Origin: Laetmonice hystrix | Taxonomy: Eukaryota | Direction of reading: 5' to 3' | NCBI GenBank assembly: GCA_965235115.1 | Contig: OZ249436.1 | Location: 22,012,001 to 22,076,000, forward strand | DNA: 64,000 nt | Shown: positions 1-12,190 of the stretch, piece after piece | Layout: each line of letters opens with the position of its first letter | Position numbering within the stretch: the stretch's first letter is position 1 | Translations under genes and position numbers: made by a program | Notes under the pieces: model-generated | What the model was told of the DNA's origin: nothing | Databases searched by the model: none | What the model saw: the letters and a program-made list of their open reading frames with translations, nothing else

Positions 1-319
1 CACTATATGATCAATAATATCAGTGTATTATTAGAGAATATCTGCTTAACTTTCCTTGGAAAATCTTAGCCAATATGTTATGTATCACAGGCCTGTATTC
101 TGGTCGATTTGGTGGTGCCACCTGGGGTCATGTAACAGAAGCTCCGATAAAATAAAATCTAATCATTCAACCTATACGTAAATTGAGTTTTTATTGTCGG
201 AAACATGCATATCTAACCTGCCATGCCAAGCAGACATTCGCAGAAATTATTTTAAACATTGAAAATGGCCAAAACATTACATTAAATTATAGAAGAAAAT
301 AAATAGTGGATCATAACCT
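1..319. repeat. LTDR, partial (cut by window start)
   Basis: Matches the last 319 bp of 4238-4687 and ends GGATCATAACCT. Confidence 0.85.
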
Positions 320-416
320 GTAGGGGCCTGATGGGAAACTCACTATACAAAGGAATTTTACTTCTGGTTGCCAAAGTCAACATTCAGAGAGTGTCACCCA
401 TACCCACCAAAGCATC

Positions 417-838
417 ATGGAGCCGCGGCAGTTTGTCACAAAAGTACAGGGCAGGTTACTGAGTAAAAGTAGACTCGTTTGTGGAGGGTGCCTCCTGTGG
501 ACAGAGGCCAGGACTGGTGGGGAGATTCACACTATGGGGTTCTAAGTCTTCGTTTGCCAGGTTCCTCTAAAAAGATTTATTTTCGTGTCCATAGATTAGC
601 CTATCAATTACACTACCTTATTCAACAACCAAATATTAACCACATTTCGGTTCAGATTTTAATGCCCCCCAACATCAATCTTCAGGGAGATAGGGTTGAA
701 ATTAGCCATTTGTGCCACCAAACCCTGTGTGTGAATCCCTCCCACCTGACCCTTGAGCCACGTCCAGTGAATGCTGCAAGACGTGTTTGTAATGCACAGC
801 AAGTTTGCACCCGGGAACACACCCCTAGGCCCCCCTAA
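417..838 (+). pseudogene. His-Me finger (His-Cys box, homing endonuclease-like) nuclease, frameshifted, copy 1
   Basis: ATG 417 (ATCATGG) gives MEPRQF...CGGCLLWTEARTGG. After a frameshift near the G-run 519-522 it reads GDSHYG...RVHRLAY...EISHLCHQTLCVNPSHLTLEPRPVNAARRVC...C...H, the I-PpoI-type zinc-binding His-Me motif. The 479 ORF has no ATG start. Confidence 0.85.
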
Positions 839-1451
839 CTGTTTTTTTCCTGGTAGGTGTAGCTCTAGTTTAGGTCTAACCCCGAGCTCTCTCACCGCCA
901 TAATTTATGTTCACATTTTTGTGTAGGTATGGTCACTGTGCTGAGTCTGTTTCAAGGCAAGATTTTTCTGGTAATAAGTTTTAGAATCCTGTGGTTCGCA
1001 GGTGTCCTTAAGCTTAAAAAGTGTCCTTCTTTTGTTGATTCGTGCATTCTTTTTCTTTGTTGACCCCCTGGCAAGTTTTCTGGCCATGTCCTGCTGCTGA
1101 CGTCGCAGCAGGCCACGTGTCACCCGTGTACCAGGAGTGACTGGGGCTCCCACAAACTCCGCTTGACTCAGGATTGAATCACCAATCCCTCGATTTACAG
1201 CATTCACAGCACAGTGCACTCTGGCAGCAAAGTTCCTTGAAAATGTTTTGTTCTTGGGTGTTGTACTGCTTATGGCCCTGTTGACAGCTTCACATTTCTG
1301 GGTGGTTAACAGGTGTTTGGTCTTTTCCAGGACTTTCTGGCCCAGCCTGTATTCAATCAGTCTGACCAGTTTCTCCTTGTCACCATCCGTGCATGTAAGG
1401 CCAAAGCCCTCAGGCAGGAATGCACTGTGTGACAGCCAGTTTTTCTTCTTT

Positions 1452-3273
1452 TTAGCCCCCAAACCCATCGGGTTTTGGGGGCTTATGATTCACCCTCTGT
1501 CCGTCCGTCCGTCCGTCCGTCCGTCCGTCCGTCCGTCCGTCCGTACGTCCGTCCGTCCGTCTGTCCGTCCGTCCGTGAACAGCGATATCTCAGAAACGTG
1601 CGGAACAATCATTTTCATATTTGAACACAAGATCAGGTACCATCCTGGCATGATGCACGTCAAAAGATTTTTTGATACGATCCAAGATGGCCGCCTGGCA
1701 GCCATATTGGTGAAATACACATTTACAGCGATATCTCTGTTAAAAGAATACCATTTTCATTCAAACTTAGCACAACGATAGGGGTTCATGGGGCAAACAT
1801 ACACGTCATTTTGTTTTCAGTTCGGATCCAATATGGCCGATCGGCAGCCATGTTTGTGTTGTTGGCAATGTCATTAGACTTTAGTGGCGTATAACTTGAC
1901 AATGGGGCGAGGTGTGGGTAAAGTTACTATGGGGAGCGAATAGGAAGTCATATATGAGGAATCTTTTGACACCATTATATTTGACCTTGGGTTGACATTT
2001 CAAGGTCATTCGAGGTCAGGTGTTTATTAAGGATCACTATGTCAGAAATGGTGTTCTTCAAGTCCTTTAGTGCTACGATGCATTATGCAAAGAGAGGCTT
2101 ATATTAGAATTCACCATGATCAAGATTTTGAAGAGTGCGTCCAAGATGGCCGCTCGACAGCCATATTGGCAAAATAGACATATACAGGCATATCTCTGTT
2201 AAAAGAATACCATTTTCATTCAAACTTGGCACAACGATAGGGGTTCATGAGGCAAACATACACGTCATTTTGTTTTCAGTTCGGATCCAATATGGCCGAT
2301 CGGCAGCCATGTTTGTGTTGTTGGCAATGTCATTAGACTTTAGTGGCGTATAACTTGACAATGGGGCGAGGTGTGGGTAAAGTTACTATGGGGAGCGAAT
2401 AGGAAGTCATATATGAGGAACCTTTTGACATCATTATATTTGACCTTGGGTTGACATTTCAAGGTCATTTGAGGTCAGGTGTTATTTATAGATTAGGAAG
2501 TCATATAATTATGAAGTTTCATTTGGCGCCATTTTCCATGACCGTGAGCGACCTTGAAAGGTCAATCAAGGTCATGCATTTTTTCAATAGCCTGGATCTT
2601 CAAAACAGTTGAAGATGCAGGTCAATGATATTTTTGACATCAGTCAAAATGGCCGTGTGGTGGCCATCTTGGATATTATTTGGAGCAATACCTCAGACAA
2701 AACGATCCTGATGTCTTTAAAATTTGGTGGAAAGAATATGAGGGGCAATGTGTGTGCCAATACATTGCCAGATCAGAGCAAATATGGCGACATGGCGGCC
2801 ATATTTATATCCCCCCCCCCCCCCAATAACACTGTTTTGGCTCATATCTCGAAAACGGTGCAATATAAGGCAATAGTTACTATTATTGACAGATAGGAAG
2901 TCATATATGAAGTTTGATTTGGCGCCATTTTCCATGACCTTGAGCGACCTTGAAAGGTCATGCATATTTTAATGGCCTGTACCTCCAAACCAGTTGAAGA
3001 TAACAGCATCTAATCTTGCGTGAAACATTACTTAATAACCAGGGACAGTCTATAGGGAGGACACAGGTCAAAAATATCATTAAAAATGGCTGCTTCGTGG
3101 CCATCTTGGATATAAAGAAATTCGAAGCAATAACTCTGACATTTTCTGGATTTCGTTCTTGCTGACAGAAAGCATGAGGGGTAACAAGCGTGCCAAAAGT
3201 ACACATAGTTCCTGGACCCACAGAAAATTTGTTCCTACTCAGTTGGGGGCTGTGACTCCGACGGGGTCTAGTT
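1452..3273 (+). mobile_element. Non-autonomous Helentron/DINE-1-like element (HINE), 1820 bp
   Basis: Inserted in a T-run. 5' hairpin AGCCCCCAAACCC-ATC-GGGTTTTGGGGGCT, then (GTCC)n microsatellite, internal ~459-bp duplication, 3' subterminal TTGGGGGCT, short hairpin GACTCCGACGGGGTC and end CTAG-TT. Absent from 13 sister units. Confidence 0.8.
1499..1577 (+). repeat. (GTCC)n microsatellite within HINE
   Basis: Direct reading; one unit longer than in the other two HINE copies. Confidence 0.95.
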
Positions 3274-4237
3274 TGCTTTGCAAGGCCTTGCCTTGCACAG
3301 CCGGCCCTCACTGTCGGTGATGGTGGCTGCAGCCTGATCTCCTCTTCCACTGTGTGTAGGTGAGCGGAGTAATATGAATTCTTCTTTGGTGGGTCTTACA
3401 TAGACACCTACGTCTGGTTCAGGCCTACCGGCCTGCTTTCTCAACTTGTAGGCGCAGTTACCAGGTTGAAAGCCATGTCTCCAGCTGTGCTTCTTTCTGC
3501 TACGTGATGTCATGGTAGTTTTCTAAGAAATTCTCTATAATTTAGGCGAATTTTTTTCAAAATCCTGTTCTAATCAAACAGAAAAATGATACTGAGTTTG
3601 ATCTGCCTGTTGGCTTCATATATACCCACTCCCACCCTCTTCCCAGGCAGCTCAGACTCTCAAGTGGCACCTTTGAACCCCTCCCCCTAATAACCTAGGC
3701 TTCCTGCCTGGGGTGGGTGACCACCTTTGAGGGGTCCATACATCCACACAGACACTTGGAGTACATCTCTTTTGATGTTTCTTTGAAGTGAACATCCTTC
3801 CCATATTCCCTCAACTGAATTTGACACTTTTGAAATCCAACATAGGGAGATATGGGGATAAATATAATAAAATGGACCTTTTTTTTACTGAAAATATGAC
3901 AGGGGATACTCACATGCTTCATAGGGAATGAAGATTCTCACTTTATATTTATTAATTTCAACTTTTGAACACTTTACATGTTGGCTTAATACATAACTAA
4001 AATGAGAAGTTCATAGATGAATTTATTCATTGTCTAATTTGTGCACAAAGTCAGAATACTGCTATGAGTGCAGGGCAAAATAGGGGTTTTTTATCTCCGA
4101 GTGTCCATATTGTATATGATCGATAACTCAGTCTTCATTTAGTCTACACCATTTATATTTTGTGTGGTTGTTGCAAACATATAACCATTAAAGGGGTCCA
4201 ATTTTGAACAGATTCGGGGTGATGGGTCTTGATCTGT

Positions 4238-4687
4238 AGGTCATGACCCCCTATTTAGCCAATGGGCTGCTGGTTGTCCCTCAAAATGGTATGGAGTGAA
4301 TGTATCTAGGGCCAAGAATGGATATAACCCCCCTGAATGTGCTCATCAAATACCACAGAGAAAAAGTTCACTATATGATCAATAATATCAGTGTATTATT
4401 AGAGAATATCTGCTTAACTTTCCTTGGAAAATCTTAGCCAATATGTTATGTATCACAGGCCTGTATTCTGGTCGATTTGGTGGTGCCACCTGGGGTCATG
4501 TAACAGAAGCTCCGATAAAATAAAATCTAATCATTCAACCTATACGTAAATTGAGTTTTTATTGTCGGAAACATGCATATCTAACCTGCCATGCCAAGCA
4601 GACATTCGCAGAAATTATTTTAAACATTGAAAATGGCCAAAACATTACATTAAATTATAGAAGAAAATAAATAGTGGATCATAACCT
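4238..4687. repeat. LTDR, 450 bp, with short imperfect TIRs
   Basis: Starts AGGTCATGACCC, ends GGATCATAACCT, flanked by GT on both sides; boundaries defined by its clean absence at six junctions and by the array end. Confidence 0.88.
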
Positions 4688-4784
4688 GTAGGGGCCTGAT
4701 GGGAAACTCACTATACAAAGGAATTTTACTTCTGGTTGCCAAAGTCAACATTCAGAGAGTGTCACCCATACCCACCAAAGCATC

Positions 4785-5206
4785 ATGGAGCCGCGGCAGT
4801 TTGTCACAAAAGTACAGGGCAGGTTACTGAGTAAAAGTAGACTCGTTTGTGGAGGGTGCCTCCTGTGGACAGAGGCCAGGACTGGTGGGGAGATTCACAC
4901 TATGGGGTTCTAAGTCTTCGTTTGCCAGGTTCCTCTAAAAAGATTTATTTTCGTGTCCATAGATTAGCCTATCAATTACACTACCTTATTCAACAACCAA
5001 ATATTAACCACATTTCGGTTCAGATTTTAATGCCCCCCAACATCAATCTTCAGGGAGATAGGGTTGAAATTAGCCATTTGTGCCACCAAACCCTGTGTGT
5101 GAATCCCTCCCACCTGACCCTTGAGCCACGTCCAGTGAATGCTGCAAGACGTGTTTGTAATGCACAGCAAGTTTGCACCCGGGAACACACCCCTAGGCCC
5201 CCCTAA
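4785..5206 (+). pseudogene. His-Me finger nuclease, frameshifted, copy 2
   Basis: Same translation as copy 1. Confidence 0.85.
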
Positions 5207-5278
5207 CTGTTTTTTTCCTGGTAGGTGTAGCTCTAGTTTAGGTCTAACCCCGAGCTCTCTCACCGCCATAATTTATGT

Positions 5279-6061
5279 TCACATTTTTGTGTAGGTATGG
5301 TCACTGTGCTGAGTCTGTTTCAAGGCAAGATTTTTCTGGTAATAAGTTTTAGAATCCTGTGGTTCGCAGGTGTCCTTAAGCTTAAAAAGTGTCCTTCTTT
5401 TGTTGATTCGTGCATTCTTTTTCTTTGTTGACCCCCTGGCAAGTTTTCTGGCCATGTCCTGCTGCTGACGTCGCAGCAGGCCACGTGTCACCCGTGTACC
5501 AGGAGTGACTGGGGCTCCCACAAACTCCGCTTGACTCAGGATTGAATCACCAATCCCTCGATTTACAGCATTCACAGCACAGTGCACTCTGGCAGCAAAG
5601 TTCCTTGAAAATGTTTTGTTCTTGGGTGTTGTACTGCTTATGGCCCTGTTGACAGCTTCACATTTCTGGGTGGTTAACAGGTGTTTGGTCTTTTCCAGGA
5701 CTTTCTGGCCCAGCCTGTATTCAATCAGTCTGACCAGTTTCTCCTTGTCACCATCCGTGCATGTAAGGCCAAAGCCCTCAGGCAGGAATGCACTGTGTGA
5801 CAGCCAGTTTTTCTTCTTTTTTGCTTTGCAAGGCCTTGCCTTGCACAGCCGGCCCTCACTGTCGGTGATGGTGGCTGCAGCCTGATCTCCTCTTCCACTG
5901 TGTGTAGGTGAGCGGAGTAATATGAATTCTTCTTTGGTGGGTCTTACATAGACACCTACGTCTGGTTCAGGCCTACCGGCCTGCTTTCTCAACTTGTAGG
6001 CGCAGTTACCAGGTTGAAAGCCATGTCTCCAGCTGTGCTTCTTTCTGCTACGTGATGTCAT
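5279..6061 (-). CDS. Internally deleted Kolobok-type DDE transposase (260-aa open ORF), copy 2
   Basis: ACCATG start and basic N-terminus. TTQKCEAVNRAISSTTPKNKTF resembles the catalytic-E motif region of Kolobok transposases. Basic C-terminal tail ends in DHTY. Too short to hold the two Asp motifs; apparent fusion point at LCKARPCKAK. Confidence 0.75.
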   Translation of the reverse strand: MTSRSRKKHSWRHGFQPGNCAYKLRKQAGRPEPDVGVYVRPTKEEFILLRSPTHSGRGDQAAATITDSEGRLCKARPCKAKKKKNWLSHSAFLPEGFGLTCTDGDKEKLVRLIEYRLGQKVLEKTKHLLTTQKCEAVNRAISSTTPKNKTFSRNFAARVHCAVNAVNRGIGDSILSQAEFVGAPVTPGTRVTRGLLRRQQQDMARKLARGSTKKKNARINKRRTLFKLKDTCEPQDSKTYYQKNLALKQTQHSDHTYTKM

Positions 6062-6785
6062 GGTAGTTTTCTAAGAAATTCTCTATAATTTAGGCGAATT
6101 TTTTTCAAAATCCTGTTCTAATCAAACAGAAAAATGATACTGAGTTTGATCTGCCTGTTGGCTTCATATATACCCACTCCCACCCTCTTCCCAGGCAGCT
6201 CAGACTCTCAAGTGGCACCTTTGAACCCCTCCCCCTAATAACCTAGGCTTCCTGCCTGGGGTGGGTGACCACCTTTGAGGGGTCCATACATCCACACAGA
6301 CACTTGGAGTACATCTCTTTTGATGTTTCTTTGAAGTGAACATCCTTCCCATATTCCCTCAACTGAATTTGACACTTTTGAAATCCAACATAGGGAGATA
6401 TGGGGATAAATATAATAAAATGGACCTTTTTTTTACTGAAAATATGACAGGGGATACTCACATGCTTCATAGGGAATGAAGATTCTCACTTTATATTTAT
6501 TAATTTCAACTTTTGAACACTTTACATGTTGGCTTAATACATAACTAAAATGAGAAGTTCATAGATGAATTTATTCATTGTCTAATTTGTGCACAAAGTC
6601 AGAATACTGCTATGAGTGCAGGGCAAAATAGGGGTTTTTTATCTCCGAGTGTCCATATTGTATATGATCGATAACTCAGTCTTCATTTAGTCTACACCAT
6701 TTATATTTTGTGTGGTTGTTGCAAACATATAACCATTAAAGGGGTCCAATTTTGAACAGATTCGGGGTGATGGGTCTTGATCTGT

Positions 6786-7235
6786 AGGTCATGACCCCCT
6801 ATTTAGCCAATGGGCTGCTGGTTGTCCCTCAAAATGGTATGGAGTGAATGTATCTAGGGCCAAGAATGGATATAACCCCCCTGAATGTGCTCATCAAATA
6901 CCACAGAGAAAAAGTTCACTATATGATCAATAATATCAGTGTATTATTAGAGAATATCTGCTTAACTTTCCTTGGAAAATCTTAGCCAATATGTTATGTA
7001 TCACAGGCCTGTATTCTGGTCGATTTGGTGGTGCCACCTGGGGTCATGTAACAGAAGCTCCGATAAAATAAAATCTAATCATTCAACCTATACGTAAATT
7101 GAGTTTTTATTGTCGGAAACATGCATATCTAACCTGCCATGCCAAGCAGACATTCGCAGAAATTATTTTAAACATTGAAAATGGCCAAAACATTACATTA
7201 AATTATAGAAGAAAATAAATAGTGGATCATAACCT
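6786..7235. repeat. LTDR, 450 bp
   Basis: Copy of 4238-4687. Confidence 0.88.
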
Positions 7236-7332
7236 GTAGGGGCCTGATGGGAAACTCACTATACAAAGGAATTTTACTTCTGGTTGCCAAAGTCAACATT
7301 CAGAGAGTGTCACCCATACCCACCAAAGCATC

Positions 7333-7754
7333 ATGGAGCCGCGGCAGTTTGTCACAAAAGTACAGGGCAGGTTACTGAGTAAAAGTAGACTCGTTTGTGG
7401 AGGGTGCCTCCTGTGGACAGAGGCCAGGACTGGTGGGGAGATTCACACTATGGGGTTCTAAGTCTTCGTTTGCCAGGTTCCTCTAAAAAGATTTATTTTC
7501 GTGTCCATAGATTAGCCTATCAATTACACTACCTTATTCAACAACCAAATATTAACCACATTTCGGTTCAGATTTTAATGCCCCCCAACATCAATCTTCA
7601 GGGAGATAGGGTTGAAATTAGCCATTTGTGCCACCAAACCCTGTGTGTGAATCCCTCCCACCTGACCCTTGAGCCACGTCCAGTGAATGCTGCAAGACGT
7701 GTTTGTAATGCACAGCAAGTTTGCACCCGGGAACACACCCCTAGGCCCCCCTAA
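7333..7754 (+). pseudogene. His-Me finger nuclease, frameshifted, copy 3
   Basis: Same translation as copy 1. Confidence 0.85.
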
Positions 7755-7826
7755 CTGTTTTTTTCCTGGTAGGTGTAGCTCTAGTTTAGGTCTAACCCCG
7801 AGCTCTCTCACCGCCATAATTTATGT

Positions 7827-10425
7827 TCACATTTTTGTGTAGGTATGGTCACTGTGCTGAGTCTGTTTCAAGGCAAGATTTTTCTGGTAATAAGTTTTAG
7901 AATCCTGTGGTTCGCAGGTGTCCTTAAGCTTAAAAAGTGTCCTTCTTTTGTTGATTCGTGCATTCTTTTTCTTTGTTGACCCCCTGGCAAGTTTTCTGGC
8001 CATGTCCTGCTGCTGACGTCGCAGCAGGCCACGTGTCACCCGTGTACCAGGAGTGACTGGGGCTCCCACAAACTCCGCTTGACTCAGGATTGAATCACCA
8101 ATCCCTCGATTTACAGCATTCACAGCACAGTGCACTCTGGCAGCAAAGTTCCTTGAAAATGTTTTGTTCTTGGGTGTTGTACTGCTTATGGCCCTGTTGA
8201 CAGCTTCACATTTCTGGGTGGTTAACAGGTGTTTGGTCTTTTCCAGGACTTTCTGGCCCAGCCTGTATTCAATCAGTCTGACCAGTTTCTCCTTGTCACC
8301 ATCCGTGCATGTAAGGCCAAAGCCCTCAGGCAGGAATGCACTGTGTGACAGCCAGTTTTTCTTCTTTTTAGCCCCCAAACCCATCGGGTTTTGGGGGCTT
8401 ATGATTCACCCTCTGTCCGTCCGTCCGTCCGTCCGTCCGTCCGTCCGTCCGTCCGTACGTCCGTCCGTCCGTCTGTCCGTCCGTCCGTGAACAGCGATAT
8501 CTCAGAAACGTGCGGAACAATCATTTTCATATTTGAACACAAGATCAGGTACCATCCTGGCATGATGCACGTCAAAAGATTTTTTGATACGATCCAAGAT
8601 GGCCGCCTGGCAGCCATATTGGTGAAATACACATTTACAGCGATATCTCTGTTAAAAGAATACCATTTTCATTCAAACTTAGCACAACGATAGGGGTTCA
8701 TGGGGCAAACATACACGTCATTTTGTTTTCAGTTCGGATCCAATATGGCCGATCGGCAGCCATGTTTGTGTTGTTGGCAATGTCATTAGACTTTAGTGGC
8801 GTATAACTTGACAATGGGGCGAGGTGTGGGTAAAGTTACTATGGGGAGCGAATAGGAAGTCATATATGAGGAATCTTTTGACACCATTATATTTGACCTT
8901 GGGTTGACATTTCAAGGTCATTCGAGGTCAGGTGTTTATTAAGGATCACTATGTCAGAAATGGTGTTCTTCAAGTCCTTTAGTGCTACGATGCATTATGC
9001 AAAGAGAGGCTTATATTAGAATTCACCATGATCAAGATTTTGAAGAGTGCGTCCAAGATGGCCGCTCGACAGCCATATTGGCAAAATAGACATATACAGG
9101 CATATCTCTGTTAAAAGAATACCATTTTCATTCAAACTTGGCACAACGATAGGGGTTCATGAGGCAAACATACACGTCATTTTGTTTTCAGTTCGGATCC
9201 AATATGGCCGATCGGCAGCCATGTTTGTGTTGTTGGCAATGTCATTAGACTTTAGTGGCGTATAACTTGACAATGGGGCGAGGTGTGGGTAAAGTTACTA
9301 TGGGGAGCGAATAGGAAGTCATATATGAGGAACCTTTTGACATCATTATATTTGACCTTGGGTTGACATTTCAAGGTCATTTGAGGTCAGGTGTTATTTA
9401 TAGATTAGGAAGTCATATAATTATGAAGTTTCATTTGGCGCCATTTTCCATGACCGTGAGCGACCTTGAAAGGTCAATCAAGGTCATGCATTTTTTCAAT
9501 AGCCTGGATCTTCAAAACAGTTGAAGATGCAGGTCAATGATATTTTTGACATCAGTCAAAATGGCCGTGTGGTGGCCATCTTGGATATTATTTGGAGCAA
9601 TACCTCAGACAAAACGATCCTGATGTCTTTAAAATTTGGTGGAAAGAATATGAGGGGCAATGTGTGTGCCAATACATTGCCAGATCAGAGCAAATATGGC
9701 GACATGGCGGCCATATTTATATCCCCCCCCCCCCCCAATAACACTGTTTTGGCTCATATCTCGAAAACGGTGCAATATAAGGCAATAGTTACTATTATTG
9801 ACAGATAGGAAGTCATATATGAAGTTTGATTTGGCGCCATTTTCCATGACCTTGAGCGACCTTGAAAGGTCATGCATATTTTAATGGCCTGTACCTCCAA
9901 ACCAGTTGAAGATAACAGCATCTAATCTTGCGTGAAACATTACTTAATAACCAGGGACAGTCTATAGGGAGGACACAGGTCAAAAATATCATTAAAAATG
10001 GCTGCTTCGTGGCCATCTTGGATATAAAGAAATTCGAAGCAATAACTCTGACATTTTCTGGATTTCGTTCTTGCTGACAGAAAGCATGAGGGGTAACAAG
10101 CGTGCCAAAAGTACACATAGTTCCTGGACCCACAGAAAATTTGTTCCTACTCAGTTGGGGGCTGTGACTCCGACGGGGTCTAGTTTGCTTTGCAAGGCCT
10201 TGCCTTGCACAGCCGGCCCTCACTGTCGGTGATGGTGGCTGCAGCCTGATCTCCTCTTCCACTGTGTGTAGGTGAGCGGAGTAATATGAATTCTTCTTTG
10301 GTGGGTCTTACATAGACACCTACGTCTGGTTCAGGCCTACCGGCCTGCTTTCTCAACTTGTAGGCGCAGTTACCAGGTTGAAAGCCATGTCTCCAGCTGT
10401 GCTTCTTTCTGCTACGTGATGTCAT
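7827..10425 (-). pseudogene. Deleted transposase disrupted by HINE, copy 3
   Basis: Split ORFs 7827-8384 and 10180-10425. Confidence 0.8.
8368..10185 (+). mobile_element. HINE (Helentron-like), 1816 bp
   Basis: Same element at the same site as 1452-3273, one GTCC unit shorter. Confidence 0.8.
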
Positions 10426-11149
10426 GGTAGTTTTCTAAGAAATTCTCTATAATTTAGGCGAATTTTTTTCAAAATCCTGTTCTAATCAAACAGAAAAATG
10501 ATACTGAGTTTGATCTGCCTGTTGGCTTCATATATACCCACTCCCACCCTCTTCCCAGGCAGCTCAGACTCTCAAGTGGCACCTTTGAACCCCTCCCCCT
10601 AATAACCTAGGCTTCCTGCCTGGGGTGGGTGACCACCTTTGAGGGGTCCATACATCCACACAGACACTTGGAGTACATCTCTTTTGATGTTTCTTTGAAG
10701 TGAACATCCTTCCCATATTCCCTCAACTGAATTTGACACTTTTGAAATCCAACATAGGGAGATATGGGGATAAATATAATAAAATGGACCTTTTTTTTAC
10801 TGAAAATATGACAGGGGATACTCACATGCTTCATAGGGAATGAAGATTCTCACTTTATATTTATTAATTTCAACTTTTGAACACTTTACATGTTGGCTTA
10901 ATACATAACTAAAATGAGAAGTTCATAGATGAATTTATTCATTGTCTAATTTGTGCACAAAGTCAGAATACTGCTATGAGTGCAGGGCAAAATAGGGGTT
11001 TTTTATCTCCGAGTGTCCATATTGTATATGATCGATAACTCAGTCTTCATTTAGTCTACACCATTTATATTTTGTGTGGTTGTTGCAAACATATAACCAT
11101 TAAAGGGGTCCAATTTTGAACAGATTCGGGGTGATGGGTCTTGATCTGT

Positions 11150-11599
11150 AGGTCATGACCCCCTATTTAGCCAATGGGCTGCTGGTTGTCCCTCAAAATG
11201 GTATGGAGTGAATGTATCTAGGGCCAAGAATGGATATAACCCCCCTGAATGTGCTCATCAAATACCACAGAGAAAAAGTTCACTATATGATCAATAATAT
11301 CAGTGTATTATTAGAGAATATCTGCTTAACTTTCCTTGGAAAATCTTAGCCAATATGTTATGTATCACAGGCCTGTATTCTGGTCGATTTGGTGGTGCCA
11401 CCTGGGGTCATGTAACAGAAGCTCCGATAAAATAAAATCTAATCATTCAACCTATACGTAAATTGAGTTTTTATTGTCGGAAACATGCATATCTAACCTG
11501 CCATGCCAAGCAGACATTCGCAGAAATTATTTTAAACATTGAAAATGGCCAAAACATTACATTAAATTATAGAAGAAAATAAATAGTGGATCATAACCT
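11150..11599. repeat. LTDR, 450 bp
   Basis: Copy of 4238-4687. Confidence 0.88.
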
Positions 11600-11696
11600 G
11601 TAGGGGCCTGATGGGAAACTCACTATACAAAGGAATTTTACTTCTGGTTGCCAAAGTCAACATTCAGAGAGTGTCACCCATACCCACCAAAGCATC

Positions 11697-12118
11697 ATGG
11701 AGCCGCGGCAGTTTGTCACAAAAGTACAGGGCAGGTTACTGAGTAAAAGTAGACTCGTTTGTGGAGGGTGCCTCCTGTGGACAGAGGCCAGGACTGGTGG
11801 GGAGATTCACACTATGGGGTTCTAAGTCTTCGTTTGCCAGGTTCCTCTAAAAAGATTTATTTTCGTGTCCATAGATTAGCCTATCAATTACACTACCTTA
11901 TTCAACAACCAAATATTAACCACATTTCGGTTCAGATTTTAATGCCCCCCAACATCAATCTTCAGGGAGATAGGGTTGAAATTAGCCATTTGTGCCACCA
12001 AACCCTGTGTGTGAATCCCTCCCACCTGACCCTTGAGCCACGTCCAGTGAATGCTGCAAGACGTGTTTGTAATGCACAGCAAGTTTGCACCCGGGAACAC
12101 ACCCCTAGGCCCCCCTAA
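11697..12118 (+). pseudogene. His-Me finger nuclease, frameshifted, copy 4
   Basis: Same translation as copy 1. Confidence 0.85.
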
Positions 12119-12190
12119 CTGTTTTTTTCCTGGTAGGTGTAGCTCTAGTTTAGGTCTAACCCCGAGCTCTCTCACCGCCATAATTTATGT

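Larger units (their letters stand above)
911..3513 (-). pseudogene. Internally deleted Kolobok-type DDE transposase, disrupted by HINE insertion, copy 1
   Basis: N-terminal 3268-3513 and C-terminal 911-1468 ORF pieces of the 260-aa ORF are split by a 1820-bp insertion. Confidence 0.8.

Noticed and set aside
417..838. Group I intron or rDNA-associated homing endonuclease
   Set aside because: No rRNA or intron core nearby; the context is a TIR/LTDR transposon.
659..901. 80-aa and 89-aa antisense ORFs in each unit
   Set aside because: Shadows of the nuclease and transposase frames, with no motifs.
1248..3350. ORFs in the HINE (SVRP/DGRT repeats and others)
   Set aside because: Products of the (GTCC)n microsatellite and non-coding repeats.
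3695..3922. 75-aa ORF (MKHVSIPC...) in each unit
   Set aside because: Short, no recognisable domain; recurrence only reflects DNA identity between units.
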